A DNA stretch of 60,740 nt, counting the filler, from Sphacelaria rigidula (Eukaryota), in the NCBI GenBank assembly GCA_964200075.2. It is 8 parts of 8 records of this genome, joined end to end, with 100 filler letters (N's around TTAATTAATTAA, not from the genome) between each part and the next. Parts side by side here need not be neighbours in the genome. Positions count along the whole stretch, not along the records: positions 22,818 to 30,322 come from CAXNAA020014602.1; positions 30,423 to 37,927 come from CAXNAA020014603.1; 6 more parts are not named here. One strand, written 5' to 3'. The translations under genes and the position numbers were made by a program. Of this stretch, positions 24,648 through 37,862 are shown piece after piece. Positions within the stretch are counted from its first letter, which is position 1. Each line of letters opens with the position of its first letter. A model generated the notes under the pieces. That model was not told the origin of the DNA and searched no databases. It saw only the letters and a program-made list of their open reading frames with translations.

Positions 24648-25631
24648 GTGAGTGCTTCGTAGTATTCGTCACACTGCAGAGCCAAGTGCGAAACAGACGC
24701 GTGGAGGACACTACGGTTTTGACATGCTGTTGGTGGAGAATGTCCGCGACCGTCGATATTGTCCGCTTTCTTCACAACAATGTAATCAGGAAATGCGACG
24801 CGCACAATGAGAGCTACGTAGAAACGAAGTATGAAAATGGGAGGTCCGATGTACTTGGAGAGTGAGGTGCTGCCGTATTTCCTGTTCATGATTCCAGTTA
24901 CGAAGGTCCGATTCGTACAGGAAAATAATCGTTTTGTTATTAAGGTGGTGCTCGTCGTCCTCAACCTCGTTGATGCATCGACGATCGATAAGTTCGTGTT
25001 GATTGTTTTGTTTGCCGCACATTGAGCAACCCACTTTCAATCCAGCCACGGTCTCAAGGGGGACGTAAACTGAGAAAAATGAGCGCAAACACGCTTCAAG
25101 GAGAACTCCAGAAGGATGTACTCATGGTCATGCATGCCATAGTAGAACTCGTGAAGGGGGAGAGTTAAACGCAGGGAAACAAAAAACACAAGAGTGAAAA
25201 AATTCAATCATAGAAGAAGGCCACGCTGAGTTCTAGTAGACGTGGCGGTACGAATCCCTCCACGCCTGAAAAATGCGCCACAACATCAGCTATCCTCTCG
25301 CAGCGAGGGTTGCTGTGAGATGTGAGGCAGAAACAAGTTACTGGCTCCACGAGGCAACAACCGCTCGTGCTCACCGTTTCCCGCGTATTACTTGTGTGCT
25401 GCCTCATGGGTACCTCTACGTACAGTATATGGCCTTACGCATACCGTGCGGTGTCGCTGCTGCGGCTATGCCGCCCCAGACAGGTGCAACCCCGAAGGAC
25501 AGGCAGGAATGAAGCATGGCGTTAGACTTGAAAAGTTAGGTCACGACGCTGTTTAGGGAGCTTCGAATCATTTCCGCTAGCTTTGCCGTTGTTGTCTTTC
25601 TGCGTCCGCCGGGTGCTTTATGACCACGTAG

Positions 25632-25819
25632 GGCTGTCCAGTACTTCGGACTCACCTGCATGCCGCTCCTTGGGGGGTACTTGAGCTACGTCTTGGGAAC
25701 CAGGGAAATACCGATTTGCGGCAGCTTTGTTCTCCTCACGCAGTACACCGCTGCTGCCTTCGTCCTCGTTGCGGCCGGGGTGATTATGATGGCGCTGCTG
25801 TACTTCGTCTTTAAAGACG
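25632..25819 (+). CDS. MFS transporter, exon B
   Basis: Phase-compatible with exon A. Translation AVQYFGLTCMPLLGGYLSY...LLYFVFKD. GTGAGT donor. Confidence 0.85.
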
Positions 25820-26328
25820 GTGAGTATCGACGACATGACTTGCAGCGGGGGGGATATGGTCAGTGTTCCACGTCTGAGCTACAAAACAATTACGTGTCCT
25901 TAGGACAATGGAGCTGTGTTCATGTTGAAGCCATTTCCTGATGGGAGCACTTGAGCAGCGCCAAACATGATCGGTCGTGTCCACTGACTGCGCGCCGACG
26001 ACGCATTTCCAAAGTCACCGCAAACACGACGGGAATCATGACGCATGCAGTGCTTGGTTTCACTCCGGGCTTTGCTGCGCAAGAATCTTATTTGGGCAGG
26101 GCGCCTGATCGCAGCCCCTCCCATAGCAGCATGAGATTGCGTAGATGATATTTCACATTATCCGCGTTCTGACGCAAAATCACGAGAGACATCGTAGTTC
26201 TCATCAAGCGACGCTTCCCGAAACTGTGTACAAGGCATTTTTTGGTCAACTCCCATTCGATATTTTCACCGCGCTGCCCGTTTTGCTCCCCACATGCTCC
26301 TCCCCTGCTCGTCCCTGCTTTCCCCCAG

Positions 26329-27326
26329 TCACCAAAGCAGTCGACAACCACAGCAATAAAAGCACCAACAATAACGCTTCCATTGACAAAATGTCGGCGG
26401 CCAGGTCAGAGGATGCCATTACAGCCGACATGAGCGATCGCGACGAGCCCTGGCCTCCAGCGCATAACACCGTCAAACCGAAAACGGCGAGTTTCATAGG
26501 CCCCTCCCTGAGCCAGCACAGCTTTTCGGACAGCAGTACTGCGAGTGGCCGCGTAGACGGTGTGTACGTGGATACGTTTAGCGATGACGAAGCACGACAG
26601 CAAGAGGCTGGAGGAGCGGTGGTTGCGGGTACTGCCAGTCACAATCAGCAATGGGAAGAGGAGCAAAAGCTGATGATGCTTGGCGACCGTACCCAACAAA
26701 ACATCGCAGCAGAAAACATGACGGCAACATTAGCATCGCCCGAAGGAGACGATGGAGGATACTACCACGCGGTACTTTCGACGCACGAAGACGACGCAGC
26801 CATCACCCACTCAGCGGCGGCGGTAGAAGCAGGCTTGACAGGGCATGGGGGACTCGAGGCGGGTAGCGGGTCCCCTAGTAGCAGCAGTAGCAGTAGCGGA
26901 TGTTGGGCACGTTTTGTGGGATGCCTGGGGAGAGTACCACGGCTGGTCGGATGTGGATGCCGAATGCCGACCCACGGCGAAATGCTCATCTATGGTGGAC
27001 TTTTACTCAATGTGACCACCAAGGGTACCATCGCGTGCTTTGAGACGCTCGGCGCGGAGTACGCTATCACCAGGTTTGGCTTCACCTCGGCAAAGGCAGC
27101 GTCTACTTTCGCCACATTCGGTGCTATGGGCGTATTTATGCTGCTGTCCATGAGGGTCCTGTGCAAGTACTGCAACGACGTGCAGCTGGTGCTTGGCGGG
27201 GTGTCCCTAATGACTGTGACATGTCTCATCTTCGTCACCTCGCCCGCCGGCGCCGACGGCCTACTCGCCTTCCACGTCGCCGTCTTCTTGATTTACTCCG
27301 TCGGGTATCCCGTCGGACACACTGCG
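26329..27326 (+). CDS. MFS transporter, exon C (long central loop plus later TM helices)
   Basis: Pyrimidine tract plus CAG acceptor, phase-compatible. Translation includes LLNVTTKGTIACFETLG...FLIYSVGYPVGHTA. GTAAGG donor. Confidence 0.9.
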
Positions 27327-27872
27327 GTAAGGTTGGGAGGGTACGGAGGAGGGTGTAGTGCTCTGGTCTTGCACGAACGGGGATGGGGGAAGCTGGGGGG
27401 CGGGGGGGGGATAGGTTGGACATATACATGGTTTGACGATGTGATTGAAAGAGCGCCTGCTAATTGTAAGAATTTTTTCGAAAATACCTGCCACGATTCT
27501 CATGTCGCTATGGCGCAGCAAGCAGGACGGCGACTGCGCCTTCCCTGTGACACGTCACAACCAGCAAATGGCCATGATTTTCTGTAATAGCGCATGATTT
27601 ACGATGCCACCCTATTCTTGGGCATGTCAATCAACTGTCCGGTGAACTTCTGATGTAGTGAGCAAGTTGCTGTTTGGCGTCATGCTTTGTCTTTCACTTC
27701 GTACAGAGGAATGTTCCATACGCCAACTTGCTGCATCCTCTGTACCTACTCTCCCGTAACCGCCATCGGCTTAATATTTTGAGACCGCGCCACCTCTGAG
27801 GACCAGCATCTAACGATGGCTGTCTTGTACCGAAAATGTTTCCCCCACTCGCATTTCAATGTGCACCCGCAG

Positions 27873-27981
27873 GTGCTAAGTTTGTTCTCGAAGGTGGTGG
27901 GTGCTCAACCTCAGGTCACTCTCATGGGATGGTTTGGCTCCGCGGGAGCCTTGTCGCGCACCGTATTTCCGGTTTTCGCTG
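27873..27981 (+). CDS. MFS transporter, exon D
   Basis: CAG acceptor, GTGAGT donor. Translation VLSLFSKVVGAQPQVTLMGWFGSAGALSRTVFPVFA. Confidence 0.9.
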
Positions 27982-28422
27982 GTGAGTGGAATCTCTCCTG
28001 CTTCGGTACAAGAGGTTTGTAAACCGAATGCAAAATCTCGCGTGGTATCGACGGTCCGTCGCTCACGGCCACAAATTACACATGCCGTTGGCGATGTGGT
28101 GTTGTGTTCTCTCAATACCAGGGGCTGCTATACCCGTCCTGGCGAGTGTCGAGATAGATGGGTGTTGAGGAAGAACACGAAATATTTGATAACTCCAGTC
28201 AGGGTGCTCGCCACTGCGCGTGTTAACCGGTTTACCGATGTTTATTTCTCGCGTCTTCCGAGTTGCGTACACAGCTCGCGCGTTGACAGTGCGTCGGAAT
28301 TCAGGGATTCTTTTTGGTGAGTGTGTCGTAAGATTATCGTATTCTTGTCGGCTGCTAAGTGGTTGCAGCAGCTGTCCTCTTGCACTTGTGTGATTTGGCT
28401 GCTATAATTTGCCCAGTGAACT

Positions 28423-28563
28423 TGAGTAATACCACGGCAGGGGTGCACTTTCCAATTAAAACGTTTTCTGAGGCTAAACACTAAGGCCTAGATATTCGTC
28501 AAGAGACTCTTACAACGAAGAGCCTCACAAATAAAAAGTGCACCCCAACCGTGGCATTGCTCA
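28423..28563. mobile_element. Small MITE with about 29-bp imperfect TIRs
   Basis: TGAGTAATACCACGGCAGGGGTGCACTTT pairs with AAAGTGCACCCCAACCGTGGCATTGCTCA. Confidence 0.65.
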
Positions 28564-31260
28564 TTTAATTGTTTCATTATCTGAGTTGCTTCTCATGTTT
28601 GCTGTGATCTCGTTCGAGCGCTTTTGCTGACGTTTTTCAGACGAATATTTCACCACGCATGTTCTCAACAGTTTCGTTTCAGCCGGTTCGACCGCTACGA
28701 ACCCCTGTACCCGTGGCTGTCCGGTATTTTCTCCAAGTGGAAGTCATCTACATGGTTACGACTTATCACCGCAATTCACGCTTGGACGGCACAAGCCCTC
28801 CACGTTCACCGCGACAGTACACCAAACACCTCTGCACCGACGTCGATCACCGTCCGCAGGCCCCACCATGATTGGGAAACACAAATGGTCGGATCACTTA
28901 GCCTTGGGTTAAACCTTTGAACACGCGCGTCTTCGGGGCGAGTTTGTGCCGGGAAAGCCTTTCCCCACTCAGCGCCTCTCCGAATCTCTCATACCACACC
29001 CGACCCGACTCGATCCCCCAAGACACCAAACTCCCTACACCTGTACGTCTCGGCCGTAAATTGGGGGTGGCCTACGGGTTGAATCGTCCTCAGCAGCTCC
29101 ACTTGGCACTATAATTGACGCAGTGGCTTGTTTCTTCCTCGTGTTCGGGCGTCGAGCATTATCGTAATTAACATCCCGCAATGCTTCGTCACGTGAACAG
29201 GGGTGGTGACACAAATGCTCGGAACCTCGGCCTTGTTCGCCTTCTTGGCCATACTTCTGTGCGCCACCGTGGGTATGCTATTTATTTTCCGGGAGCCATA
29301 CCTAGAGTGCGTGGAAACTACCAACAGGCGCACCGGTGCAACCAGCGAGAATTTGAGCGAGACCAAGGCGTAAAGATGACAGGGGGGTGGGGCTGGGGTA
29401 CATAACCAACACATTTTCAGTCATGTCCAACGGTTTTACAGGCTAAATGGGGCGATCAGAACAAAGCTGTGCAAAACAACTTGGAGAAGGGCGGAGTGGA
29501 TGAGAAGGTGGTTTTTACCAACAGAAGGTGGCCTCGTGAGGGTTTATGCATCGATGCTTTGTCGTAAGGGCGGAAACCACGCGTGTGAGACGATAGGGCG
29601 TGTTGTGCTGCCCGGTGTACAGCGCACTCTTGTAGCTATAGGGTGTAAAGTAATGAAAGAAGAACCCCGCCGTCTCGCGTGCATTTAAATTGAAGGCGCA
29701 CCCACCGCCATGAAGCACTCGAAGATATCCTTCATTTACCGGAGTGACAAGCGTATGCGTTATTTGATGTTCCTGTACCGGATCTTTTAGTGTTTGTTGG
29801 CATAAGGGTGCGCTGCCTTGCAAGAGCTTTCCCCGAATATACGGTTGACCCGCTTTGGTAAACTTCCTGTGTTGGTCGGAGGAGCACACGTGCAGTGTAT
29901 GGCGTGTAACTGCTCATGTGAGCTTGACGAACGATGCACGGGTCGCGATTGTGTTCCCAAAGGTTCAACCATGCGTGCTGCCGGTGCCAGAGAGGCAGTG
30001 GCGATGTTTTGTTGTATGATTATTTGGCCGTTATTGTTTACTTGCAAGCGTTTCACCTATTTAACAGGTGATGGGCGTGCTCGGTATCTCGTGCGGTAAC
30101 GGTTACTACGGGCTTACCAAGGACGATCGAGAGTGAGTCGGTCGGAGCATATCGCTTTTCTTTCTCGACACGTTTTTTGTTTTTCACGTTTGTTTTTACA
30201 TCGAGCGTGCATTTCAAGGATCAGGTAGCGCGTATTGCCTTGCTGTTGTTTTTTTTTTTTTTTTTTTTTTTTGGAAGGAGGAAACCCAACCCAACACTTA
30301 CCTCGCTGGCGCCCGAGGCTATNNNNNNNNNNNNNNNNNNNNNNNNNNNNNNNNNNNNNNNNNNNNTTAATTAATTAANNNNNNNNNNNNNNNNNNNNNN
30401 NNNNNNNNNNNNNNNNNNNNNNCAGACCATTGACCTCGCATCCCCACAAAGCCGGGACGGAGCACGCCGGGTTTTCGCCGGACCAGGGGTTGACTGTTTC
30501 GATGGTGTTCGAATGGCAATGCTCGAAGTCACGTTCGGGGGAGAACTGGAGGCCCGCCTCCCAAGACAGTTTTTCGAACGTTTGCTGCCCTCGACGGTGC
30601 ATTCGAAGGGTACCATTTCCTGCAAATGCGAACACACTCGAAAATGCAAGGAACATGGCACCCCTCGAAGGTGCCTTCGTGGAAGGTGCCTTCGTGGCGT
30701 ACCATTTCCCACACTTTCCCAAAACCATGAAAGAAAAATATCATCAGTTTCCCATGCAATAAGTCCGTTCGCACTTCTTCACTCTCCTGTTCGATTATGT
30801 TCACCAGATATTTGTTCATGAACAGCAATTTCACTCCATAACGCGCAATGACGAGGCGCCAGCGCTTCATGATCACATGTTATATGAATATTTACTAAAT
30901 ATGTCTGATGTAGTTTCCCATTCGTTGGTGGGACGTCGACTGGACACGGGGTGAGAGGGAGTGCCGATCCAATACTCGAAATAAGTTGCAAAGCAGGTAA
31001 TGAGCTCATGAAAGAGGTGGGTTGATCCTTGTAGACTACGGACCGGTCCCAGCGAGAGAGGGACCGCGGGTTATTGAAAGTTTGACAAGCAAAATATTTG
31101 AAGACATGGATGAACGCACGCACATCTGTACTCAGAACCTGAGTCAGCTCTACACATTTCTATACTGTAGGACACAAGGCCATACGCCAAAAACATGTTG
31201 TGATCATACGTGACCACGCGCGAGTGTGTGCATGACAGTCAGTTTTGATAATGCACGTAC

Positions 31261-31433
31261 CGTAAGGTGAGCTCGAGAATGAACATCTCGCATGCCTTGG
31301 CGAACAGGACGGGAGCCTCGGCCGATATCATGCGCACATCTTCGTCTGACTTCATGATGCGCTTGATACGCGCTAACGGCAGGTCGTTATGGTTCTTAAA
31401 GTCCTGTTCTGTGCCGATCTGCAGTTCTTGCAT
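31261..31433 (-). CDS. NFYC: NF-Y subunit C, histone-fold exon
   Basis: Translation [61 protein letters not shown] acceptor, GTACGT donor. Confidence 0.95.
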
Positions 31434-31896
31434 CTGTCGTCGCAAAACAAGGGGGGAAAGTGGGTAGGGATGGTGGGCGCGTGGGGGGTTGGGGGGTGTC
31501 AACGAAGCGGTCAACAATGGTAGATGATTGCTTCTACACAGTGCAAACCATCCGTAGGTGGGTTACTTCACACAGAACTTGGCGAACGAAACTTCGTGGC
31601 GTATCTAGAATGCTGCACACAGTCAAGGAATAGGTCACCTAGCACAACATCTGCCGAGTACGTGGAGGTAGTATATGGAGAAGGGCGTTCTAATTTATTG
31701 CTTGCCTTGAGTCATTTGCCCTTTGACAAAAGACTCCTATCGAGATGGGAGCTAAGATGTAAAGAGGGAGGGGGGGGGGGGGGGGGGGGCCCCCCTATGT
31801 ACGGAAAGACCTCCCGCGCGGCCACCCCAAAAAAAGGGGGAAGCCCAAACAAAAAAGGAAAAAAAAAAANNNNNNNNNNGGAGAAGGGGGGGGAGA

Positions 31897-31934
<38 letters not shown>

Positions 31935-32355
31935 CGGGGGGGGGGGGGGCGGGCGCGGCGACCCATATGTACGGACAGACTTCACGTGCGACATCCGCAA
32001 ACAATGGAGTACGACTACACATAAAGGTTATCATAAAAAAATCATCACTGCATTAGGAATCTCCTGAGTTTCCGGAGGTGCCAGACCGTACGTGGAATCA
32101 TTCCGAGGAGTCCATCGTGCACTGTTTCGCGCAGAACCGACTTTGCCTCGTGATTTCTCGGAGCGCATAGTCGTCGTCTTCGTGTCCATTGTTCACCGTG
32201 AGCTCAAAATACAAAAACTGGTCCTCACATATCGCCAGCCTTGGAGGCCCTTGCGCGGTATCAACCACTGTTCTAATAATGTTGAGCACAGCACGCCACT
32301 CTGCTTCGTGTCGACACAACCGGGAAGACACTACCGCTCACCTCCCCTTACTCAC

Positions 32356-32403
32356 CTCTTGCATCTGTTCCCCCCAGAACTTGTTTAGCAAATCTTCCAT
32401 ATT
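32356..32403 (-). CDS. NFYC: NF-YC, 48-bp exon
   Basis: CAG acceptor, GTGAGT donor. Translation NMEDLLNKFWGEQMQE carries the FW..Q motif that precedes the NF-YC histone fold. Phase 0 on both sides. Confidence 0.85.
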
Positions 32404-32486
32404 CTGTGGAAAACGGCCAGGAGAATGCATACGTCCGTGAGGAAAGGGGAGGAAATTGGGAGAGGCGCGCAGGGGGGGAGAGGGAA

Positions 32487-32796
32487 GGGGGGGGGGACTC
32501 ATGATCTTGCATACCGTAGCGATATGACCAGTGACCTCTCGTTCCTACAAAGCCGGGACGGAGCACGCCGGGTTATCACCGGACCAGACTCGCAATCAAT
32601 GACGAAGCGCGAAGCCCCGTGATGTGTTCGGCGAGTCACATGAAGGGTGAGCTGCATCCAGCTAAGATGGTTCGGCCCGCAGCGTGCTGATTAACTTGCA
32701 TTTGGATGACAGCCTCGAATTAATTACTTTATTTTTTGGTATCGACACTTTAAGAAAACAGCAACGGGTCCCACACTGCCTCATACATGCGGGGGG
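32487..32796 (-). mobile_element. About 290-bp LINE 3' module or SINE-like element bounded by C-runs
   Basis: Matches 53237-53395, which adjoins the end of LINE copy 2, and also 53087-53136 and 30423-30486. G-runs on the + strand at both ends. Confidence 0.75.
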
Positions 32797-33569
32797 ATGA
32801 GGGTTGAATCTCAAAGGCAGGTGGGTCGCCCAAACCTGAAGATTCGAACCAGTTCTGCGTGATAATTACGGTGCGCCTACCACATCCAAGAGAAAAATCG
32901 ACTCTTGGGTTGACTGACAAGTAAAAAACAAGAACAAACTTGACACAGGACCGACGCCGTCAGTTGCGTCCCAAAATCTTCCAGACGCATGTGCACCGGT
33001 AGATTATGACTTACTGCCACGCGTTGCATTATCTGCCCGGTAAGGGTGCAAGTAAGCTAGCGGCCGGTTCACCGCATCAGCGTACGAGGACGGGATAGCT
33101 GAGCAGCAGTCCAACACCGACTGCTTGGGATAAACAGTACCCCTGCAGGGGTACAGTTGACCTCCGTGTAGGGGGGGGGGAAGCTTGCATACAGTTCCTC
33201 CTGGTACCATGGTCCAAAAAAAAACAAAACTCTACCGACAACAGACGGGGAAGGGAGGCTGCATACATGTTGGCTACTCACTTATTATCCACCATATCGC
33301 AGTTGCGCTGCGTTATTAAACAATGAATTATTAAACAAAACAGATGACTGCTCTTGAATGTAGGTGCTATATCTCAAGCATATAATCAAAATGTGACGAC
33401 AGGTGCAGGCGGTCGCTGGTATAACGCTACGATTTGCTGTGGCAATGCTGATTATGCCGTGAACCTTGTCATGACCAGTTCTTAAGCGTAGGAGGCCTGG
33501 GCAACAACCTCACAAGGAGCAAAACACCGCCCTGTTGCGCGGGACGTTTGCGTAGGGGAATGACGGAGA

Positions 33570-33606
<37 letters not shown>

Positions 33607-33675
33607 AGGGAGGGGGGCCTGNNNNNNNNNNGGGGGAGGAGTCGGGCGGGGGGGGATGGGCGGGGGCGTGGGGGT

Positions 33676-33732
<57 letters not shown>

Positions 33733-34406
33733 CGCTATGGTGCTAAGCTATGGTGCCTTGCCAAGATACGAGCCGCCTTGCCCAATATGCAACCGGTGCG
33801 GTCAGGTCTACAGCTGCTGTACGCCAGACCCCATACCCCGCACGTTGCCTCGTTTGCGGTCCGCATATTATGTCCAAGGATGAAAGGTGAACGGCTTCCT
33901 TTTGTTTGGAAGGTATGAAAGCACACGAGACACAACATTCCGTTGGTCAAGTACCTCATGCATGCGTCGTGGCCATGAGAAATCTCCACAACTCGGGCGC
34001 CCAAAACTCATGGTTGAAAAGTACTCGGTTTTAGGGTGGACCCTCACGATGGGACATTCCCAGGGCTCACAGCTCCAAGCCCTCGCCCGACGTGACCTGC
34101 ACGCGTTTCGGCTCGAGCGCTGCCAACGAACACTTTGCCTAGGGAAAACCCTCTGTACCCCCCTAGCCTGAGCATTCTCGGTCTGCCATGCGTTGGGGTT
34201 TGGGTTAGGGTTAGCCTCCAGATTTGGCGAACAACAGCAAACAAACAGGTTCAATCACAGATTTGGGGCGCCCCGTTGGCGACTAGCCGCGCTCCACAAA
34301 ACGGAGATTTAGTTAGAGCCAGCAGGTGAAGTCGGCCAGTACATGATGAATTCGAGTGGTCACGAAATTTACCAACCAGTTAACCGTCAAGGCGGACATC
34401 TGTTGA

Positions 34407-34699
34407 CCCTTAGACCGCGAGAGTAGTCTTATCTGGATCATGCGTACTTTTTTCAAGTGAAATTGATGCCGATTCAACAGATGACCTACTCTCGCTGTCT
34501 GAGACGGCGAGGGTAGGTCGTATGTTGAATCGGCAACAATATTGACCTGAAAACAGTTTTCATGGCCCAGATGGACTCTACTATCGCGGTTTAACCCTTG
34601 GACCGCGAGGTTAGTCTCCTGTTGAATCGGCATCAATTTCAAGTGAAAAGAAGTATGCATGATCCAGAAAGACTCATCTCGCGGTCTAAGGGTTAAGGG
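34407..34699. mobile_element. Nested piggyBac-like MITEs
   Basis: TIR CCCTTRGACCGCGAG. The inner element at 34595-34692 is flanked by TTAA at 34591-34594 and 34693-34696. Confidence 0.8.
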
Positions 34700-36791
34700 T
34701 AAAATCGGCATTATTTCATTATTTCCACTTCAAAACTGACCGTCCGTAGGACCCAGGTGACCTCCACGCTGGTGGATAAAAAATTTAACTCGTCGACCGC
34801 CAGGCGAGAGTATCTGTTGGATCGACATGATTTTTTCTTTCATGAAGGTGAGTTCAAGACCCAGGTGATCCACCGCCGGCGGTCAAAGTCTTCAAAACGC
34901 TCCGCGGACTGATTCAAGGGTCGTGATGGACACGGATCGAAAGCTATACCCGCAGGTTTTCGGCCAATACCCGTACATTTCGTTGAGATGATACCTTGTC
35001 CAATGACACGAGGTTTGGTGGCGTGGGTGCTACAGTTGACGAGAAACTTCAAGTGCTGTATTGGAAATCCCATCAACCCAGATGGCAAGACATACGGCAC
35101 GTTGTACTCAGTATGTATATCCTACGGTACGATCGCACAGCACTGCTGCCTGGCGAAATAGCCGAACCGGACACATCGTACAGTAGTGGACAACAACACA
35201 GTCGTACAGCGTACAAACGCAGCACTACGCACTGCTGAAGTCCCTGTCCACCCGTGGTAGATAGAGTCATTCAACGCATCGCGGATTCGATAAGGTTCCA
35301 CACCGGTCATCAAACATCATGTTACACGTACGGCGGTACGACGGCGAAACTTGAAAATTGAACCAACAAAAGTCAAACATCGGGGGGGAAAATATGGGGG
35401 AAATACCGACTGATGGATTATTCTATACGCAACACGTGTCAGCTTCTCGAACGAGCGCTGTCATGAATGACTTCTTCACCAATCCCCTCCACTGCCACAC
35501 TGATTATTCATACCGTGTTTCACATCGCTGCTCACGTAACTACCTTTCTCCTGTAAATGCAAATCTACCATTATTTGAACTGTCGGGAGGACAGAAAAAA
35601 ATGAGCGAAGTCGGGAAAAAAGTGCAACCGTACAAACAACACGTATATGCTGTACGAGACTGAAAATGCACGGCATGCGAGGCCCGGTTTTGTGCAACGA
35701 GAGTGTCCCTGTCTACTCAGCGACATTGTGTGAGAATGCCATGCCAACAAGCGCATGGGAAGCGTATCATGCGATAAGTTGTTTTGCTGCCGCATGCTGG
35801 GCCGCGCGCGCGTAGGCCGTCCGATTTCGATTTCCCCGAAATTTCCGAAAATTCTCATGGCGGACAACCCGGTAAAATACAGGCGGACAGAGTAAAATCA
35901 GCAGAAGACTCGCTCATCACTGTTGTCCGACGGTGTATTCTTCTCCGCTTCGTGCTATCATCCCTGCAATATCTTCAACAGCCGTTCATTCTATCGAGCC
36001 TCTGCCGACTGAAAAATCACAGCAAAGCGAAACAGGACGAGTTCATAACCATGCTGTCGGGCGCAGCGCTTTCAACGTGCTATCTGCAAACTTTTCTGGT
36101 ACTGCATAACAACAGAAGTAGTGGGGTGCTCCAAGTGGTTTTAATCGGTTGCAACTGGGCGTCGAATGCGTTTGTTTTCAGAATAGCCGGTAAGTACAAC
36201 ACAGAATTCGCAGTTTCCTGCACGACACGAAGCCACCGCAGTACAAAACAGTTGACAATCGGCGAACCTCAGCTATGCTCCCAATCAAATAGGGCAAGTC
36301 AGTAGCGGCAACAAGACTGTAGAGACGTTGTAGTGCAGAAGCTGAAGAGCTAGGATGCCCGCAGCCCGGGTAAAAAGACAGGGACAAAATTGACGAACTG
36401 CCCGCGCTGTCGCCCGAAGCGACAAACTGAAACCCTTCACGAACTCTCTTTGTGCCCCATGAGCTGCTCCACATACCAACCGAACTGAAAAGCATGACCG
36501 CCAGCACCACCGACAACGACGATGACGACGATTACCACGACGACGACACCGTCCCGCCTTGTCGGCTATGATCTAGCTTCGCGCCTCTGCACAAACAGGC
36601 GACCACAGCAGCAACTCAAAACCCGTCTTCCTGTAACCGACACTGCTGCCGCCTCTACTGTCGACAACAGTACAGACAGTAGTAGTTGACGTTGCGTTGC
36701 CGTGCACATTGCGGACTTGGGATAGTCGGGTCTCAGCAGCAAGTTTTACACACCGACCGTGGAAACTCTAAGCATTCAAATCGTTCAGCAC

Positions 36792-37049
36792 CTTCAAGTA
36801 CGCCGTGTTCTCCTCATCTGATAGCGAATCCTCCCCCCTCTGCATATTGTTGTCCTCTTCTTGCTGTTGCTGCTGACGATGCTGCGACTCCGCTCGAGCC
36901 GCCTGTCGAGCGGCAGTCGCCGCCGCTGCTGCTGCCTCCGCCGCTTCCTCTGCCGCTGCCGCCGCCGCTGCTCTCGAGCGTCCGGGATTACGCAGCGGTC
37001 GTCCTGTCGAAGTATATTCCAGTGTGCTTGCTTGGGGGTGGCTTAGCAT
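36792..37049 (-). CDS. NFYC: Probable first coding exon of NF-YC (Ala/Gln-rich N-terminus)
   Basis: ATG at 37049, reading MLSHPQAST...AAAAAAAEEAAE...QQQQQEED...ENTAYLK, then AAG|GT in phase 0, compatible with exon 32356-32403. Confidence 0.6.
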
Positions 37050-37442
37050 GCCACGTGAGGGTATCGGAAAGATTGACACTCCGTGTTTATAAGTGCTGTT
37101 GTGGAGTATTCCAGAGGCTATGTATGAATTAAACTCCGATACATTCGCGTTCAGCACCTTTTTCCAAATGTTCCTCTAATTTGATTTTCATCACATCACA
37201 CATCCGCCAGATGGACGCCTCCGTATATCGAGTAACGTCAAGATCTTTGACATAAATCTTCATGACGACGGATGCGCCGATCGGCTCAAATAGTTATTTG
37301 AATGATCCAGTAAAATCCGTGCCCATGACAGCGCCAGATAGATCGAGGTTTCCTATACAGACACCGCAATCAGTCATGGCCAGGATCTGCAAGGATCGAG
37401 CGGTCGTCGGTTCACCACCACCACCGTCGCCAGGCCCATTCT

Positions 37443-37862
37443 TAGAGCTCGGAAATGGTTTGTCTAACCATTATTAACCAGTTGAATGGTTACGCGTAGC
37501 GCACTCATTAACTAGTTAAATGGTACATAATGGTTTGGTTATCGAGGGGCGCAGCCGGGCGCAGCCGATAGCCAAAAAGCCCCCCGGTAGAGGGGGCCCC
37601 GCGCGCCCCCGGAGGGCCTCGCCGTGCGGGAGGAACGTTTTCACACGATTAGGCTTCACGAAAGCTGAAAAATATGTTCGATTTGGGCCAATTTCTAAGG
37701 GCTGTATGTATGTAGCATACGTAGCCGGTAACGGCTTATAAAGCCGGTTTCTGTTAATAATGGTTTGAAACCATTATCCGACATTTTCATATAACTATTA
37801 CCATTATTATTACCATTATAATGATAATGGCCACTTACAACTGGTACCATTTCCGAGCTCTA
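37443..37862. mobile_element. MITE with 17-bp perfect TIRs (hAT-like TAG terminus)
   Basis: TAGAGCTCGGAAATGGT ... ACCATTTCCGAGCTCTA. No target-site duplication visible. Confidence 0.75.

Noticed and set aside
26145..27587. 480-aa single-exon ORF
   Set aside because: Both ends run into introns; the real exon is 26329-27326.
29515..29889. Integrase-like words SDQHRKFT and ITHTLVTP on the minus strand
   Set aside because: Too few motifs to call a feature; possibly an ancient retroelement trace.
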